Positions 23,110 to 32,687 of a DNA stretch of 34,044 nt are shown one piece after another (position 1 is the stretch's first letter; the number at the start of each line of letters is the position of its first letter). A program made the position numbers and the translations under genes. Source of the DNA: a virus (Duplodnaviria > Caudoviricetes); IMG/VR virus record IMGVR_UViG_3300049436_000163, positions 1 through 34,044 of that record; one strand, written 5' to 3'. Below the pieces are notes generated by a model that was not told the DNA's origin, searched no databases, and saw only the letters and a program-made list of their open reading frames with translations.

Positions 23110-25073
23110 TGCTCGACGTTCGCGCAATCCGTCACGGCCACATCTACTGCGGCATCGCCGGTGGTGCCAAGGGGTTCAACAAGGGCAGCGCCCGCGTCGG
23201 CAAGATGCTGGCGAAGGGTCGCTGCATCGGCGGCATCGACAACGATGCTTCCGCGATCCGCGACTTCACGCGTATCGCCGGTGTGCAGGGCACGGTGCTG
23301 GACCTCTTCAGCCGCGATCAGTACATCGCCTTCCATGGCCGGCCGCCGCCAGCCGATTGGCGCGAGGCGGTCCCGGCGGACATCATCCGCGCCTTCCACA
23401 ATGAGCGACCGAACGTCGTCTTCCTGTCGGCCCCATGCAAGGGGTTCAGTGGACTCACGCCCGAGGCGCGCAGCCGCACGGACAAGTACCAGGCGCTGAA
23501 CCAGTTGGCTCTGCGCGGCCTGTGGCTGCTGCTGGAGGCCTACGCCGACGACCCGGTCGAGTTCATCCTGTTCGAGAACGTGCCGCGCATCGCGACCCGT
23601 GGCCGCCACCTGCTGGACCAGATCGAGCAGTTGCTCTCGGCCTATGGGTACGCCAGCGCCGAGACCACGCACGACTGCGGCGAACTCGGCAACCTCGCGC
23701 AATCCCGCAAGCGCTTCCTGCTGGTGGCGCGCCACGTCGAGAAGGTGCCGCCCTTCCTCTACGAGCCACCGAAGCGGCCGCTGCGCGCGGTGGGCGACAT
23801 CCTCGGCCGGATGCCGCTGCCGGGCGATCCGGGCGCAGGGCCGATGCATCGAGTCCCGGCGCTGCAGTGGAAGACCTGGGTGCGGCTCGCGTTCGTGGAG
23901 GCCGGCTCGGACTGGCGCAGCCTCCAGAAGCTGGCCGTGGAGAACGGCTTCCTGCGGGACTACGCACTGGCGCCGGATGCGTACGACCGCAGCGGACCGT
24001 TCGGCGTGCGCCGGTGGGATCAGCCGAGTGGCACCGTGGCAGGGCAGAACTTACCCACCAACGGGCCGTTCAGCGTCGCGGATCCACGCGTGGATGGTCA
24101 TCCGAAGTCCGTTCAGCTCGGTGTGCGCCCATGGGATCAGCATGCGGCCTGCGTGAAAGGGGACGTCAGCGTGGGTACAGGTCCATACGCCGTTTCCGAT
24201 CCACGCGGCGTGGATTCCGCACCTCACTTTCAGAACACCTTTCGTGTCGTACGGATGAACCAGGCGAGCCCGACCATCACCGGCTGCGGTGCGGTCAGCG
24301 GCAGCGGCCTCGCGGTGGCAGATCCCCGCACCAATCACGGCCCCAATGCACACGAGAGCAAGCTGCGAGTGCAGAAATGGGATAGGCCGTCGCGCGCGGT
24401 CACCGGCTCGGATCGTGTCGGCTCCGGCGCCCTGTCCGTCGCCGATCCTCGGCCAGCATGGGAGAACCGTCGCGGCAACCTGCGGGTGGTCAGCGCCGAC
24501 GAAGCGTCACCAACCGTCATCGCAGGCGGCAAGGGCGTGCAAGGTGGCTGGCTCTCGGTGGCGGACCCGCGCTACCGCGGCGCCGCCAAGGGCGAGGCCT
24601 ACCATGGCAACGGGTTCTACGGTGTCGTGCCGTGGGACGAACCGGGCGGCACCGTCAGCTCCGCGCTGAGCCACGACAACGGCCGCGGCAGCGTCGCCGA
24701 TCCTCGTTTGCCCGATGCAAACACCAAGTGCGTCGCTGTCATCCGCGCGCTCGACAACACCTGGCACCGGCCGTTCACGACTCTGGAACTGGCGGCGCTG
24801 CAGTCGCTGATCGATCCGGATGAACTGTGGACTGCGGACCCGCACCACTCGGCGTTGGGGAATGCTTTCGTCCTCGACGGGCAGTCCGACTCCATGTGGC
24901 GCGAGCACATCGGAAACATGGTGCCGCCGGACTCGGCCGAGGCCATCGCCAGCGAGATCTACCGCACGCTGCTGTTGGCGTGGAGCGGTGAAACCTTCGC
25001 CCTGGGCGCGACGCCGATCTGGGTGCGGCCGGTAGTCATCGGGCTGATGGCGGCGCGGAGGACGGCGCTGTGA
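23109..25073 (+). CDS. C5 cytosine DNA methyltransferase with six internal repeats
   Basis: Motif I YCGIAGG, catalytic SAPCKGFS, ENVPRI, QSRKRF, C-terminal IGNMVPP. Confidence 0.9.
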   Translation: MLDVRAIRHGHIYCGIAGGAKGFNKGSARVGKMLAKGRCIGGIDNDASAIRDFTRIAGVQGTVLDLFSRDQYIAFHGRPPPADWREAVPADIIRAFHNERPNVVFLSAPCKGFSGLTPEARSRTDKYQALNQLALRGLWLLLEAYADDPVEFILFENVPRIATRGRHLLDQIEQLLSAYGYASAETTHDCGELGNLAQSRKRFLLVARHVEKVPPFLYEPPKRPLRAVGDILGRMPLPGDPGAGPMHRVPALQWKTWVRLAFVEAGSDWRSLQKLAVENGFLRDYALAPDAYDRSGPFGVRRWDQPSGTVAGQNLPTNGPFSVADPRVDGHPKSVQLGVRPWDQHAACVKGDVSVGTGPYAVSDPRGVDSAPHFQNTFRVVRMNQASPTITGCGAVSGSGLAVADPRTNHGPNAHESKLRVQKWDRPSRAVTGSDRVGSGALSVADPRPAWENRRGNLRVVSADEASPTVIAGGKGVQGGWLSVADPRYRGAAKGEAYHGNGFYGVVPWDEPGGTVSSALSHDNGRGSVADPRLPDANTKCVAVIRALDNTWHRPFTTLELAALQSLIDPDELWTADPHHSALGNAFVLDGQSDSMWREHIGNMVPPDSAEAIASEIYRTLLLAWSGETFALGATPIWVRPVVIGLMAARRTAL

Positions 25074-25543
25074 ATCCGACACTGCGCGCGAACTTGGCCG
25101 TGCTTCGGCGCCGGGTGACTGAAGGCAACGCGCCAGCGATGCTGCCAACGGATTTCGTCTTGATGATTGTCGCCGAGATGGATCGGCTTGAGGGCCTGAT
25201 CAATACCCCGCACACCGCCGACTTCCTCGAGGCGGTGAAACTGGAGGCCGCACACCAGCGCGAGCGATGGGCGGCGGAACACGACGATGGAAAGACCGAT
25301 GCCGACTGGTTTTGGTTGGTGGGGTACTTAGCTGGCAAGGCACTGCATTCCGGAAAGCTGGCGGATGACGCCCGTGATTCCGACTCTCTGCCCGAGCCCC
25401 TGGAGGTGGCGGCCAAGCATGCCGACAAGCGACTCCATCACATCATCACCACCGCGGCCGCGCTCGCGAACTGGCATCTAAATCTTATCGGCGCAGACAC
25501 GAGGATGCGGCCCGGCATCGCGTCGCCGGAGGCTCGGCGATGA
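25070..25543 (+). CDS. Conserved phage protein, possibly MazG-like helical fold
   Basis: FLEAVKLEAAHQRERW..HDDGKTDADWFWLVGYLAGKA. Confidence 0.55.
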   Translation: MNPTLRANLAVLRRRVTEGNAPAMLPTDFVLMIVAEMDRLEGLINTPHTADFLEAVKLEAAHQRERWAAEHDDGKTDADWFWLVGYLAGKALHSGKLADDARDSDSLPEPLEVAAKHADKRLHHIITTAAALANWHLNLIGADTRMRPGIASPEARR

Positions 25544-26016
25544 GCAACGCCATCCTCAGCCCCTGCGGACAGTACCGGTACACGCTTCGCCGAAGCCTCG
25601 GCCTCATCGGCATGCGGCAGGTCCTGTGGGTGATGCTGAATCCCAGCACGGCCGACGCCACGCAGGACGACAACACCATCCGTCGCTGCAAGACGTTCAG
25701 CCAGGCCTGGGGCTTCGCCGAGATGGTCGTGGTGAACCTGTATGCCTATCGATCCACCGAGCCGGAGCGCCTTTGGGACGTCGCAGATCCTGTCGGCCCG
25801 GACAACGACGACTACATCCGCGAGCTGGCGAAGCGCAGTGACCTCACGCTCTGCGCATGGGGCCAGCCCGGGCCTGATCGCGGGCGGGCCCATCATGTCC
25901 GCGGGCTGATCGAGGGCGTCAGCGGTGCGCCGTCTTTCCTGCGCCAGAACAAGGACGGCAGCCCGGGACATCCGCTGTATCTGCCGGGGAAACTGACACC
26001 GCAGGTGTGGGTATGA
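25540..26016 (+). CDS. DUF1643 family protein
   Basis: SPCGQYRYTL, VMLNPSTADATQDDNTIRRC, VNLYAYRST, AWG, GHPLY. Confidence 0.9.
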   Translation: MSNAILSPCGQYRYTLRRSLGLIGMRQVLWVMLNPSTADATQDDNTIRRCKTFSQAWGFAEMVVVNLYAYRSTEPERLWDVADPVGPDNDDYIRELAKRSDLTLCAWGQPGPDRGRAHHVRGLIEGVSGAPSFLRQNKDGSPGHPLYLPGKLTPQVWV

Positions 26017-26591
26017 CCCGCTCCTTGCGCCCCGATGTGGTGGAGCCGCCAGTAGTCGGCCAGTACCGCCTTGTGCCAGCGGTCTACGCGAAGGATTTCT
26101 ACAGCCACGACGACTGGATTCCCGTGATCGGCCCGAAGCACACCGATGCAGAGCATGTGAAGTTTCCGTGGCCACACTTCCATATCGACTGGCGGTTTGC
26201 GCCAACGTGGCTGTTCAGGCGGTGCGTCAGCAAATGGACTCGCGGCGGCACGCTGCTGACAACTGGCGCCTACTACGCCACGCCGATCATGTGCCCGAAC
26301 AACTTCGGCGAACGCGTGATCTTCGAGGGACCGGTGCTGCGCCGAATGAAGTGCAAGCGCGAACTGGACCCTTACCCGCGCGAGCACGCGAAATGGCTTG
26401 AGGGACTAGCAAAGGACCTGCATACCCGCGGCTGCGGCCGGCTCATCAATGGTACATGCCCACACCGCGGCATTCCGGTGGACGCAATGCACCGTGATGG
26501 TGACGTGCTCACCTGCCCGGCCCACGGGCTGCGGTTCAGCGCTAGCACCGGGGAAATGCTGGACGGATCCAGTCCAGAGGCGCTGCGGTGA
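26013..26591 (+). CDS. Protein with C-terminal Rieske [2Fe-2S] motif
   Basis: CPHRG-x-CPAHGLRF (CxH-x16-CxxH); N-terminal HxD..HFHIDWRF. Confidence 0.75.
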   Translation: MTRSLRPDVVEPPVVGQYRLVPAVYAKDFYSHDDWIPVIGPKHTDAEHVKFPWPHFHIDWRFAPTWLFRRCVSKWTRGGTLLTTGAYYATPIMCPNNFGERVIFEGPVLRRMKCKRELDPYPREHAKWLEGLAKDLHTRGCGRLINGTCPHRGIPVDAMHRDGDVLTCPAHGLRFSASTGEMLDGSSPEALR

Positions 26592-29155
26592 GCGACGCCT
26601 ACCTCGACTTTCTGCGCAGCAAGGTGCCGGTGTCACCCGCCACCGGATTCCAGGTCGAGCCCGGCGACGTAAACCCGCGGCTCCCTGCGCACGCCCGCGC
26701 CATCGTGCCGTGGCTGCTGCATGGTGGTCGCCGCGCCCTGTTCGCCTCTTTCGGCCTGCAGAAGACGGTGACGCAGCTGGAAACGGTGCGCCTCGCGGCC
26801 GCGCATGCCGACAGCATCGGTCTCATCGTCCACCCGCTCGGTGTACGGCAGGAGTTCCGCCGCGACGCCGTGGAACGGCTGGGTTGGAAGGAACCTCCCC
26901 GGTTCATCCGCTCGATCGAGGAATGCGACAGCACCGGCGTCTACCTCACCAACTACGAGACGGTACGCGACGGGAAGCTGGATCCTCGCCTCTTCGCCGC
27001 GGCGAGCCTTGACGAGGCCGACTGCCTGCGCGGCTTCGGTGGCACCAAGACCTTCCGGGAGTTCATGCGTCTCTTCGCCGGCGACGGCAAGACGCTGAAC
27101 GAGCGGATCCGCTCCAATGGGGTTCGCTACCGGTTCGTGGCCACTGCGACGCCCAGCCCGAACGACTACATCGAGCTGCTGGCCTACGCCGCATATCTCG
27201 ACGTGATGGATGTCTCGGCCGCGAAGACCCGCTTCTTCAAGCGCGACAGCACCAAGGCCGACGAGCTGACGCTCCATCCACACAAGGTCGAGGAGTTCTG
27301 GCGGTGGGTCGCATCCTGGGCGCTGTTCATCACGAAGCCCTCGGACCTCGGGCCCGAGTACTCCGATGACGGCTACGTGCTGCCGGCACTGGACCTGCGG
27401 TGGCATGAAGTGCCGAGCGACCACAACCACGCCGGCTCGGAACGCGACGGGCAGGGCCGCCTCTTCCGCAACGCGGCCGCGGGCGTGGTGGATGCATCGC
27501 GCGAGAAGCGCGACAGCATCGATGCCCGTATCGCGAAAATGCTGGAGCTGCGCGCCGAGGATCCCGGTGCTCACCGCATCCTGTGGCACGACTTGGAGAG
27601 CGAGCGTGCCGCCATCGAAGCCTCGACGGATGCCGCCACAGTCTACGGTTCGCAGGACCTCGACGAACGAGAACAGATCGTCATCGACTTCAGCGATGGT
27701 CGCATCCCGGAGCTCGCCGCGAAACCCGTGATGCTCGGCGCCGGCTGCAATCTGCAGCGGCACTGCCACTGGGCGATCTTCCTCGGCATCGGGTTCAAGT
27801 TCAGGGACTTCATACAGGCCCTGCATCGGGTGCTTCGCTTCGGCCAGCAACACCAGGTACGCGTCGACCTGATCTACACCGAGGCCGAGCGCGAGATCCG
27901 CGCCGACCTCGAACGCAAGTGGTCCCAACACGACGAGATGGTGCAGAAGATGACGGAGCTGATCCGCGAGTTCGGGTTGTCGCAGACCGCCATGATGGAA
28001 AGCCTGACCCGCGCGCTGGGCGTAGAACGCGTCGAGGCCTCGGGCGAAGGCTGGCGCCTGGTCAACAACGACTGCGTGCTCGAGACGCAGCGCCTCCCCG
28101 ATGCCAGCGTCGATCTCATCCTGACCAGCATCCCGTTCTCGACGCAGTACGAGTACTCGCCGAACTACGCCGACTTCGGGCACAGCGACAACAACGCCCA
28201 TTTCTTCCGGCAGATGGACTTCCTGACGCCACATCTGCTCCGGGTGCTGAAGCCGGGCCGGCTCGCCGCGATCCATGTAAAGGACAGGATCGTGCCGATG
28301 GGCATGACCGGGCTCGGCTCCCCGACCGTCTACCCCTTCCACGCCGAGTGCATCGGCCACTACCAGCGCCACGGCTTCGCCTACATGGGGATGAAGACGA
28401 TCGTCACCGACGTGGTGCGCGAGAACAATCAGACCTATCGGCTCGGCTGGACGGCCCAGTGCAAGGATGGCTCCACCATGGGCTTCGGCATGCCGGAGTA
28501 CCTGCTGCTATTCCGCCGGCCGCCATCGGACACCGCGAACAGCTACGCCGACGAGCGGGTGGTCAAGGACAAGGAGAGGTACTCGCGCTCCCGATGGCAG
28601 ATCGATGCCCATGCCTTTGCCCGCAGCAATGGCAACCGCCTGTTGCGACCGAAGGATCTGGAAGGTCTCCCGCACGATGTCATCTTCAAACTGTTCCGCG
28701 ACTACTCCCTGAACGAGGTCTACGACTTCGAACACCACGTTCGGATCGGTGAAGCGCTGGAGCGCCGGCAGCGACTCCCGGTGACGTTCATGCTGCTGCA
28801 GCCGCAGTCCTGGCATCCGGACACCTGGACCGACATCACGCGGATGCTGACGCTGAACGGCGAGCAACACGCCAAGGGTCGGGAACTGCATCTCTGCCCG
28901 ATGCAGATCGACCTCGCCGACCGAGCCATCGAGCAGTGGACGCAGCCCGGGGAACTGGTGCTGGACCCATTCAGCGGACTCGGCACTGTGCCGCAGCGAG
29001 CGCTCCTGAAGGGTCGCCGAGGCCTCGGCATCGAACTTTCGCACCGCTACTTCCTCGACGCCTGCACGCACATGAAGGCGGCGGAAGCCGATATGGCGAT
29101 GCCCGATCTGTTCTCGATCCTCGAGGACGAAGCCAACAGGAACTTCGCGACATGA
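26588..29155 (+). CDS. SNF2-like helicase fused to N6-adenine/N4-cytosine DNA methyltransferase
   Basis: GLQKT, LDEAD, TATPSPND, GCNLQ, RVLRFGQ helicase motifs; TSIPF, HLCPMQ, VLDPFSGLGT MTase motifs. Confidence 0.88.
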   Translation: MSDAYLDFLRSKVPVSPATGFQVEPGDVNPRLPAHARAIVPWLLHGGRRALFASFGLQKTVTQLETVRLAAAHADSIGLIVHPLGVRQEFRRDAVERLGWKEPPRFIRSIEECDSTGVYLTNYETVRDGKLDPRLFAAASLDEADCLRGFGGTKTFREFMRLFAGDGKTLNERIRSNGVRYRFVATATPSPNDYIELLAYAAYLDVMDVSAAKTRFFKRDSTKADELTLHPHKVEEFWRWVASWALFITKPSDLGPEYSDDGYVLPALDLRWHEVPSDHNHAGSERDGQGRLFRNAAAGVVDASREKRDSIDARIAKMLELRAEDPGAHRILWHDLESERAAIEASTDAATVYGSQDLDEREQIVIDFSDGRIPELAAKPVMLGAGCNLQRHCHWAIFLGIGFKFRDFIQALHRVLRFGQQHQVRVDLIYTEAEREIRADLERKWSQHDEMVQKMTELIREFGLSQTAMMESLTRALGVERVEASGEGWRLVNNDCVLETQRLPDASVDLILTSIPFSTQYEYSPNYADFGHSDNNAHFFRQMDFLTPHLLRVLKPGRLAAIHVKDRIVPMGMTGLGSPTVYPFHAECIGHYQRHGFAYMGMKTIVTDVVRENNQTYRLGWTAQCKDGSTMGFGMPEYLLLFRRPPSDTANSYADERVVKDKERYSRSRWQIDAHAFARSNGNRLLRPKDLEGLPHDVIFKLFRDYSLNEVYDFEHHVRIGEALERRQRLPVTFMLLQPQSWHPDTWTDITRMLTLNGEQHAKGRELHLCPMQIDLADRAIEQWTQPGELVLDPFSGLGTVPQRALLKGRRGLGIELSHRYFLDACTHMKAAEADMAMPDLFSILEDEANRNFAT

Positions 29156-29475
29156 GTGACAACGTTGCAGCAGGCGAAAGCGTGTCGAAGTGGGTTCCAA
29201 CCACCGACCTCATGATGCTGCGCCGGATGGGCAAGCTGCAGGAGGAACTGGGCGAACTGACCGCCGTCGCGGCGCGCGTGGTCATCCAGGGCATCGACGA
29301 GATCGATCCCAGCAGCGGCAAGGTGAATCGTCTCCGACTCGAAGAGGAATCTGCAGACGTGCTGGCGCAGATCGACGAAACCATCGAACGGCTGAACCTG
29401 GACCGTACTTTCATCGAGGGGCGGCGCGCTCGCAAGCGGGCCGCCATGAAGGCCTGGGAGGCGATGTTCGCGTGA
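29152..29475 (+). CDS. MazG-like nucleotide pyrophosphohydrolase
   Basis: KLQEELGEL...LEEESADVLAQI acidic metal-binding pattern. Confidence 0.65.
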   Translation: MSDNVAAGESVSKWVPTTDLMMLRRMGKLQEELGELTAVAARVVIQGIDEIDPSSGKVNRLRLEEESADVLAQIDETIERLNLDRTFIEGRRARKRAAMKAWEAMFA

Positions 29476-29735
29476 ACCCTTCGCGCGCCATTCCACCGGC
29501 CACCTGCGGCATCACGCACGCGCTGGGCTTCTGCTCGCTGTGTGCCGATCGGGCGCCGCTCAAGCCCTGCCCGTTCTGTGGCAGCGAGCCTCGGGTCCAT
29601 GAGTACAGCAGCCACGGCAAGCCCTACCGCATGCGGTGCACCGGCTACGGCTGCGAGTCGATGGGACCAAGGCGCTACGAGAAAGGCCAAGCGATGCAGG
29701 CGTGGAATCACCGCAGCGAGGTTACTGTCCGATGA
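29472..29735 (+). CDS. Lar-family restriction alleviation protein
   Basis: LKPCPFCG...RC..GC...AMQAWNHR. Confidence 0.75.
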   Translation: MNPSRAIPPATCGITHALGFCSLCADRAPLKPCPFCGSEPRVHEYSSHGKPYRMRCTGYGCESMGPRRYEKGQAMQAWNHRSEVTVR

Positions 29736-30145
29736 GGAAGACCCCGCGAACGCGTCGAGACAAATGTTCGGAGTGCGGCTGTCGCCCTTGGAGCGAGCCA
29801 CACGCAGACATGTGTTCGCACTCCGTGACCGAACCACTTTCGGCCGGAGCATGGCAGGTCTTCCGGATGAGCGAGTTCGATTGGTGGGTGGCGCGCAGTC
29901 TCGATGAGGCGAGGCGTGCGATGGCCGCCGACTGCGGCGCCAAGGACATGGCCGACGCTGAACGCCACCAACTTTTCGACAAGCCGCGGCCCATCACGAA
30001 TGAGGAGTTGGACAGCCTTCGGTACTACGACTCCGGGGAGCGTGATCAGCCCATTGGCCGCGGCCGAACCTTCCGCAACGAACTGCGCCGGCGCATAGCC
30101 GAGGGCCTGCAGGATCCTGAACTGTTCGCGACCACGGAGATCTGA
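29732..30145 (+). CDS. Hypothetical phage protein
   Basis: ATGA coupled ORF. Confidence 0.55.
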   Translation: MRKTPRTRRDKCSECGCRPWSEPHADMCSHSVTEPLSAGAWQVFRMSEFDWWVARSLDEARRAMAADCGAKDMADAERHQLFDKPRPITNEELDSLRYYDSGERDQPIGRGRTFRNELRRRIAEGLQDPELFATTEI

Positions 30146-30147
30146 AC

Positions 30148-30519
30148 ATGAGCAGTGGAACACATACGCTGTCCTCGGCGCTGCAGGACGTCATCACCGA
30201 GCGCCAGCGCCAGCTGTCGGTCGAAGGCTGGACGCCGGAACATGACGATGGTCACGTCGGTTTCGAGATGTCGAAGGCGGCAACCTGCTATGCGCAGCAT
30301 GCCTTCGAAGGCTACGTGCGCTCCCGCCTGTTCAACGGTGGCTACAGCGATGCGCCACCGCCATGGTGGTGGCCGTGGGGACGGAAGTGGTGGAAGCCCA
30401 AGAGCGTGCGCCGCGACCTCGTACGTGCGGCCGCGCTGATCGTCGCGGAGATCGAACGTCTCGACCGCGCGGACGAGCAGCAGGCACGCATGCTCGCGCT
30501 GCACGACGGGCGGCAGTGA
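30148..30519 (+). CDS. Conserved phage protein
   Basis: ERQRQLSVEGWTPEHDD...WPW..WWKP...DLVRAAALIVAEIERLDR. Confidence 0.8.
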   Translation: MSSGTHTLSSALQDVITERQRQLSVEGWTPEHDDGHVGFEMSKAATCYAQHAFEGYVRSRLFNGGYSDAPPPWWWPWGRKWWKPKSVRRDLVRAAALIVAEIERLDRADEQQARMLALHDGRQ

Positions 30520-30821
30520 TGCGAGGTGTCTACATCATGGTCGCCCTGCTGCTGACGGGCTGCGGTGGGGACTCCTTCAACTCTCCCGAGGCCCGCCAGG
30601 AGCGATGGGACAGAGAGTGTTTCGATGCGGCCCTCGAACTTGCCGAGGCAAAACGCTGTCTCGCCAGCACTACGTGTATCGAAGGATTCAAGGCCCGCGA
30701 CAACGCGATCAGTAGCCGCTGGCAGGCTGAATGGGGCATCAAGTCTTACCGCTGCGATGGTGCCAAGTCCCATCTCGATACCAGCCTCAGCCTGAGCGAA
30801 AACTTCGGGGTAGAGCCATGA
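30519..30821 (+). CDS. Putative lipoprotein
   Basis: MRGVYIMVALLLTGC lipobox. Confidence 0.6.
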   Translation: MRGVYIMVALLLTGCGGDSFNSPEARQERWDRECFDAALELAEAKRCLASTTCIEGFKARDNAISSRWQAEWGIKSYRCDGAKSHLDTSLSLSENFGVEP

Positions 30822-31144
30822 ACCCGCTTCCTTGCGTGATTGCGCTCCTGACTGGGATCGCAATGTCCGTGGCCGGAAGAATCCTCTTTCCACCGCAGCC
30901 AGCACCACGCACAGAGAGCGCACCGTTCCGCGTGGACTTCACCACACGAACGTCGTGCCTGGCAGTGGTCGAGGTGGAGGGAGAAGGCGCTCCCACAAAT
31001 TACCGCATGCTCATCACCGATTGCTGGTCGGTCGCTGGAGATCAGCCCGAAGGACCGTGGCCGTTGCAGGAGTGGATGAAACCCGGCGGCGGATATCTGG
31101 TGTGTCGTGATGGCCAGGATTGCGTGACTGGAGGAAGTCCATGA
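30818..31144 (+). CDS. Hypothetical exported or membrane-anchored protein
   Basis: N-terminal hydrophobic helix, four further Cys. Confidence 0.5.
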   Translation: MNPLPCVIALLTGIAMSVAGRILFPPQPAPRTESAPFRVDFTTRTSCLAVVEVEGEGAPTNYRMLITDCWSVAGDQPEGPWPLQEWMKPGGGYLVCRDGQDCVTGGSP

Positions 31145-31596
31145 CCGATAACGAACTGCGCGAATGGTGGCGGGGCTGGGGTGGCCAATTCTACGGGCCG
31201 AACGTCGAGACCGGCTCGATGCCGGAGGAGAAGCTGCTGCCGCTGCTGCGTCACATCCTGACGGGCTTCGAGATTGCGCCGCCGGGGCTCGGGCACCGGA
31301 GCCTTGGCTACGACGAGCTCTGGTCGTGGTTCGGGTTGAGCCGCGCGAGTTTCTGCATCATGCCTCGCGCCTTCATGCACGCGATGCCGGACTTGTGGCA
31401 GCGGCGCATGGCAACGCTCCTGAAGGAGTGGGACGACACCTGGCAATGGGGCGATGACATCGATGGTTGCCGGGCGCAGGCCACCAAGGCCGGTCGCCTC
31501 GTGCCGATGCCCGACTACATCATCAACTACCGCCATCCGGACGTCGCAAAGATCAATGCCCTGCGGCGCGTGGTGCGCACGGAGGAAGGCACATGA
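31141..31596 (+). CDS. Hypothetical phage protein
   Basis: Coupled Trp-rich ORF. Confidence 0.6.
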   Translation: MTDNELREWWRGWGGQFYGPNVETGSMPEEKLLPLLRHILTGFEIAPPGLGHRSLGYDELWSWFGLSRASFCIMPRAFMHAMPDLWQRRMATLLKEWDDTWQWGDDIDGCRAQATKAGRLVPMPDYIINYRHPDVAKINALRRVVRTEEGT

Positions 31597-31919
31597 GCGA
31601 GGATCTCAAAGCGATCGCCGTCATGGTGGCGCTGCGCAAGGCATTGCAGGACAGCAAACACTTCAGCATCTGCACGATCGACAACGCGATCGCTGCGCTC
31701 GGCGTCGTGCCTGACAAGGAGGCGTACACAACGCTCCGCGTCCTGCACTGCGTCGACTACATGGACATGCCGCGCGAGCTGCGACAGTCCCTGCCCGGGC
31801 TGGTGGCGAAGTGCACCTTCCTCGCGGATCCGGTGCCCGCCATCGGCGGCGCGATCCGGCCCGCGCTGGAGATGTCCACCGCCGGCGCCCAGTTGAAACT
31901 GGTCAAGGTGGGTCCATGA
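31593..31919 (+). CDS. Hypothetical phage protein
   Basis: HFSICTID...LHCVDYMDMP; coupled. Confidence 0.6.
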   Translation: MSEDLKAIAVMVALRKALQDSKHFSICTIDNAIAALGVVPDKEAYTTLRVLHCVDYMDMPRELRQSLPGLVAKCTFLADPVPAIGGAIRPALEMSTAGAQLKLVKVGP

Positions 31920-32164
31920 GCGGAGGGAGCGCGAACTCTGGGCCGCCGGCATTCGAGGCCGGTGCGCGCGTCGCCACCAGCATGATCAGCCAGACCGCCT
32001 ATGTGCGATCGCGTCCGCATCGCGAGCAGGCCCAATGGTGGGCGGGAGTGTTCTCGGGCCTCATGGGCGCAGCGCTCGCGGATATTGGCATGGAAGCCGT
32101 CGACACGATCGTGGCAGTGCTCGCCCGAGACGCGCCCGACGTGCACAGGAGCGGACAGCAATGA
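31916..32164 (+). CDS. Hypothetical protein
   Basis: ATGA coupled ORF. Confidence 0.5.
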   Translation: MSGGSANSGPPAFEAGARVATSMISQTAYVRSRPHREQAQWWAGVFSGLMGAALADIGMEAVDTIVAVLARDAPDVHRSGQQ

Positions 32165-32421
32165 ACGAGTCCGCGCCCAGTGCCAGCACCCGCCCCGTCA
32201 GCCATAGCACCCTGCTCCGACAGCGCGGCGCGACAATCGACGTGAAGAACCATGGCCGCTGGTTGATCGTCCGTCATGGCGGCAGGGTCTTCAACTACTG
32301 GCCGCGCACCCGCACATGGTCCGAACGGAACATGTGCGGTGCGTACTCGAACATGGCCGAGCCGCTGCGCAAGGGTCAGGGGCTGAACACGCTGCTGGCG
32401 CAACTGGAGCCGAAGCGATGA
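32161..32421 (+). CDS. Hypothetical protein
   Basis: ATGA coupled; FNYWPRTRTW. Confidence 0.55.
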   Translation: MNESAPSASTRPVSHSTLLRQRGATIDVKNHGRWLIVRHGGRVFNYWPRTRTWSERNMCGAYSNMAEPLRKGQGLNTLLAQLEPKR

Positions 32422-32687
32422 CCGGCTCTGGAACGCGTTCTGACGCCGTACCGGCCGAAAAGCCGCCGTGCCCGTCGTGTGGCGTCCCGTGGTTTGAAGG
32501 GCGCCGCGGTCGCTACTGCAGGACCGCGTGTCGTACACAGCATCACAAGGACGGGTTGCCGGTGGTGGTCACCGGCGTTACGGTCACGAAGAACGGCGAG
32601 ATCGCGATCTCTCTGCGCTCCACCGCGCTGGACCGGGAGACCGCTGCTCGGCTGACGCCGCGCGATATCGTGAGGCTCGTGCGATGA
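32418..32687 (+). CDS. Hypothetical Zn-finger-like protein
   Basis: CPSCG...YCRTACR. Confidence 0.5.
   Translation: MTGSGTRSDAVPAEKPPCPSCGVPWFEGRRGRYCRTACRTQHHKDGLPVVVTGVTVTKNGEIAISLRSTALDRETAARLTPRDIVRLVR

Noticed and set aside
26633-28372. 579-aa minus-strand ORF
   Set aside because: Antisense shadow of the helicase-MTase gene
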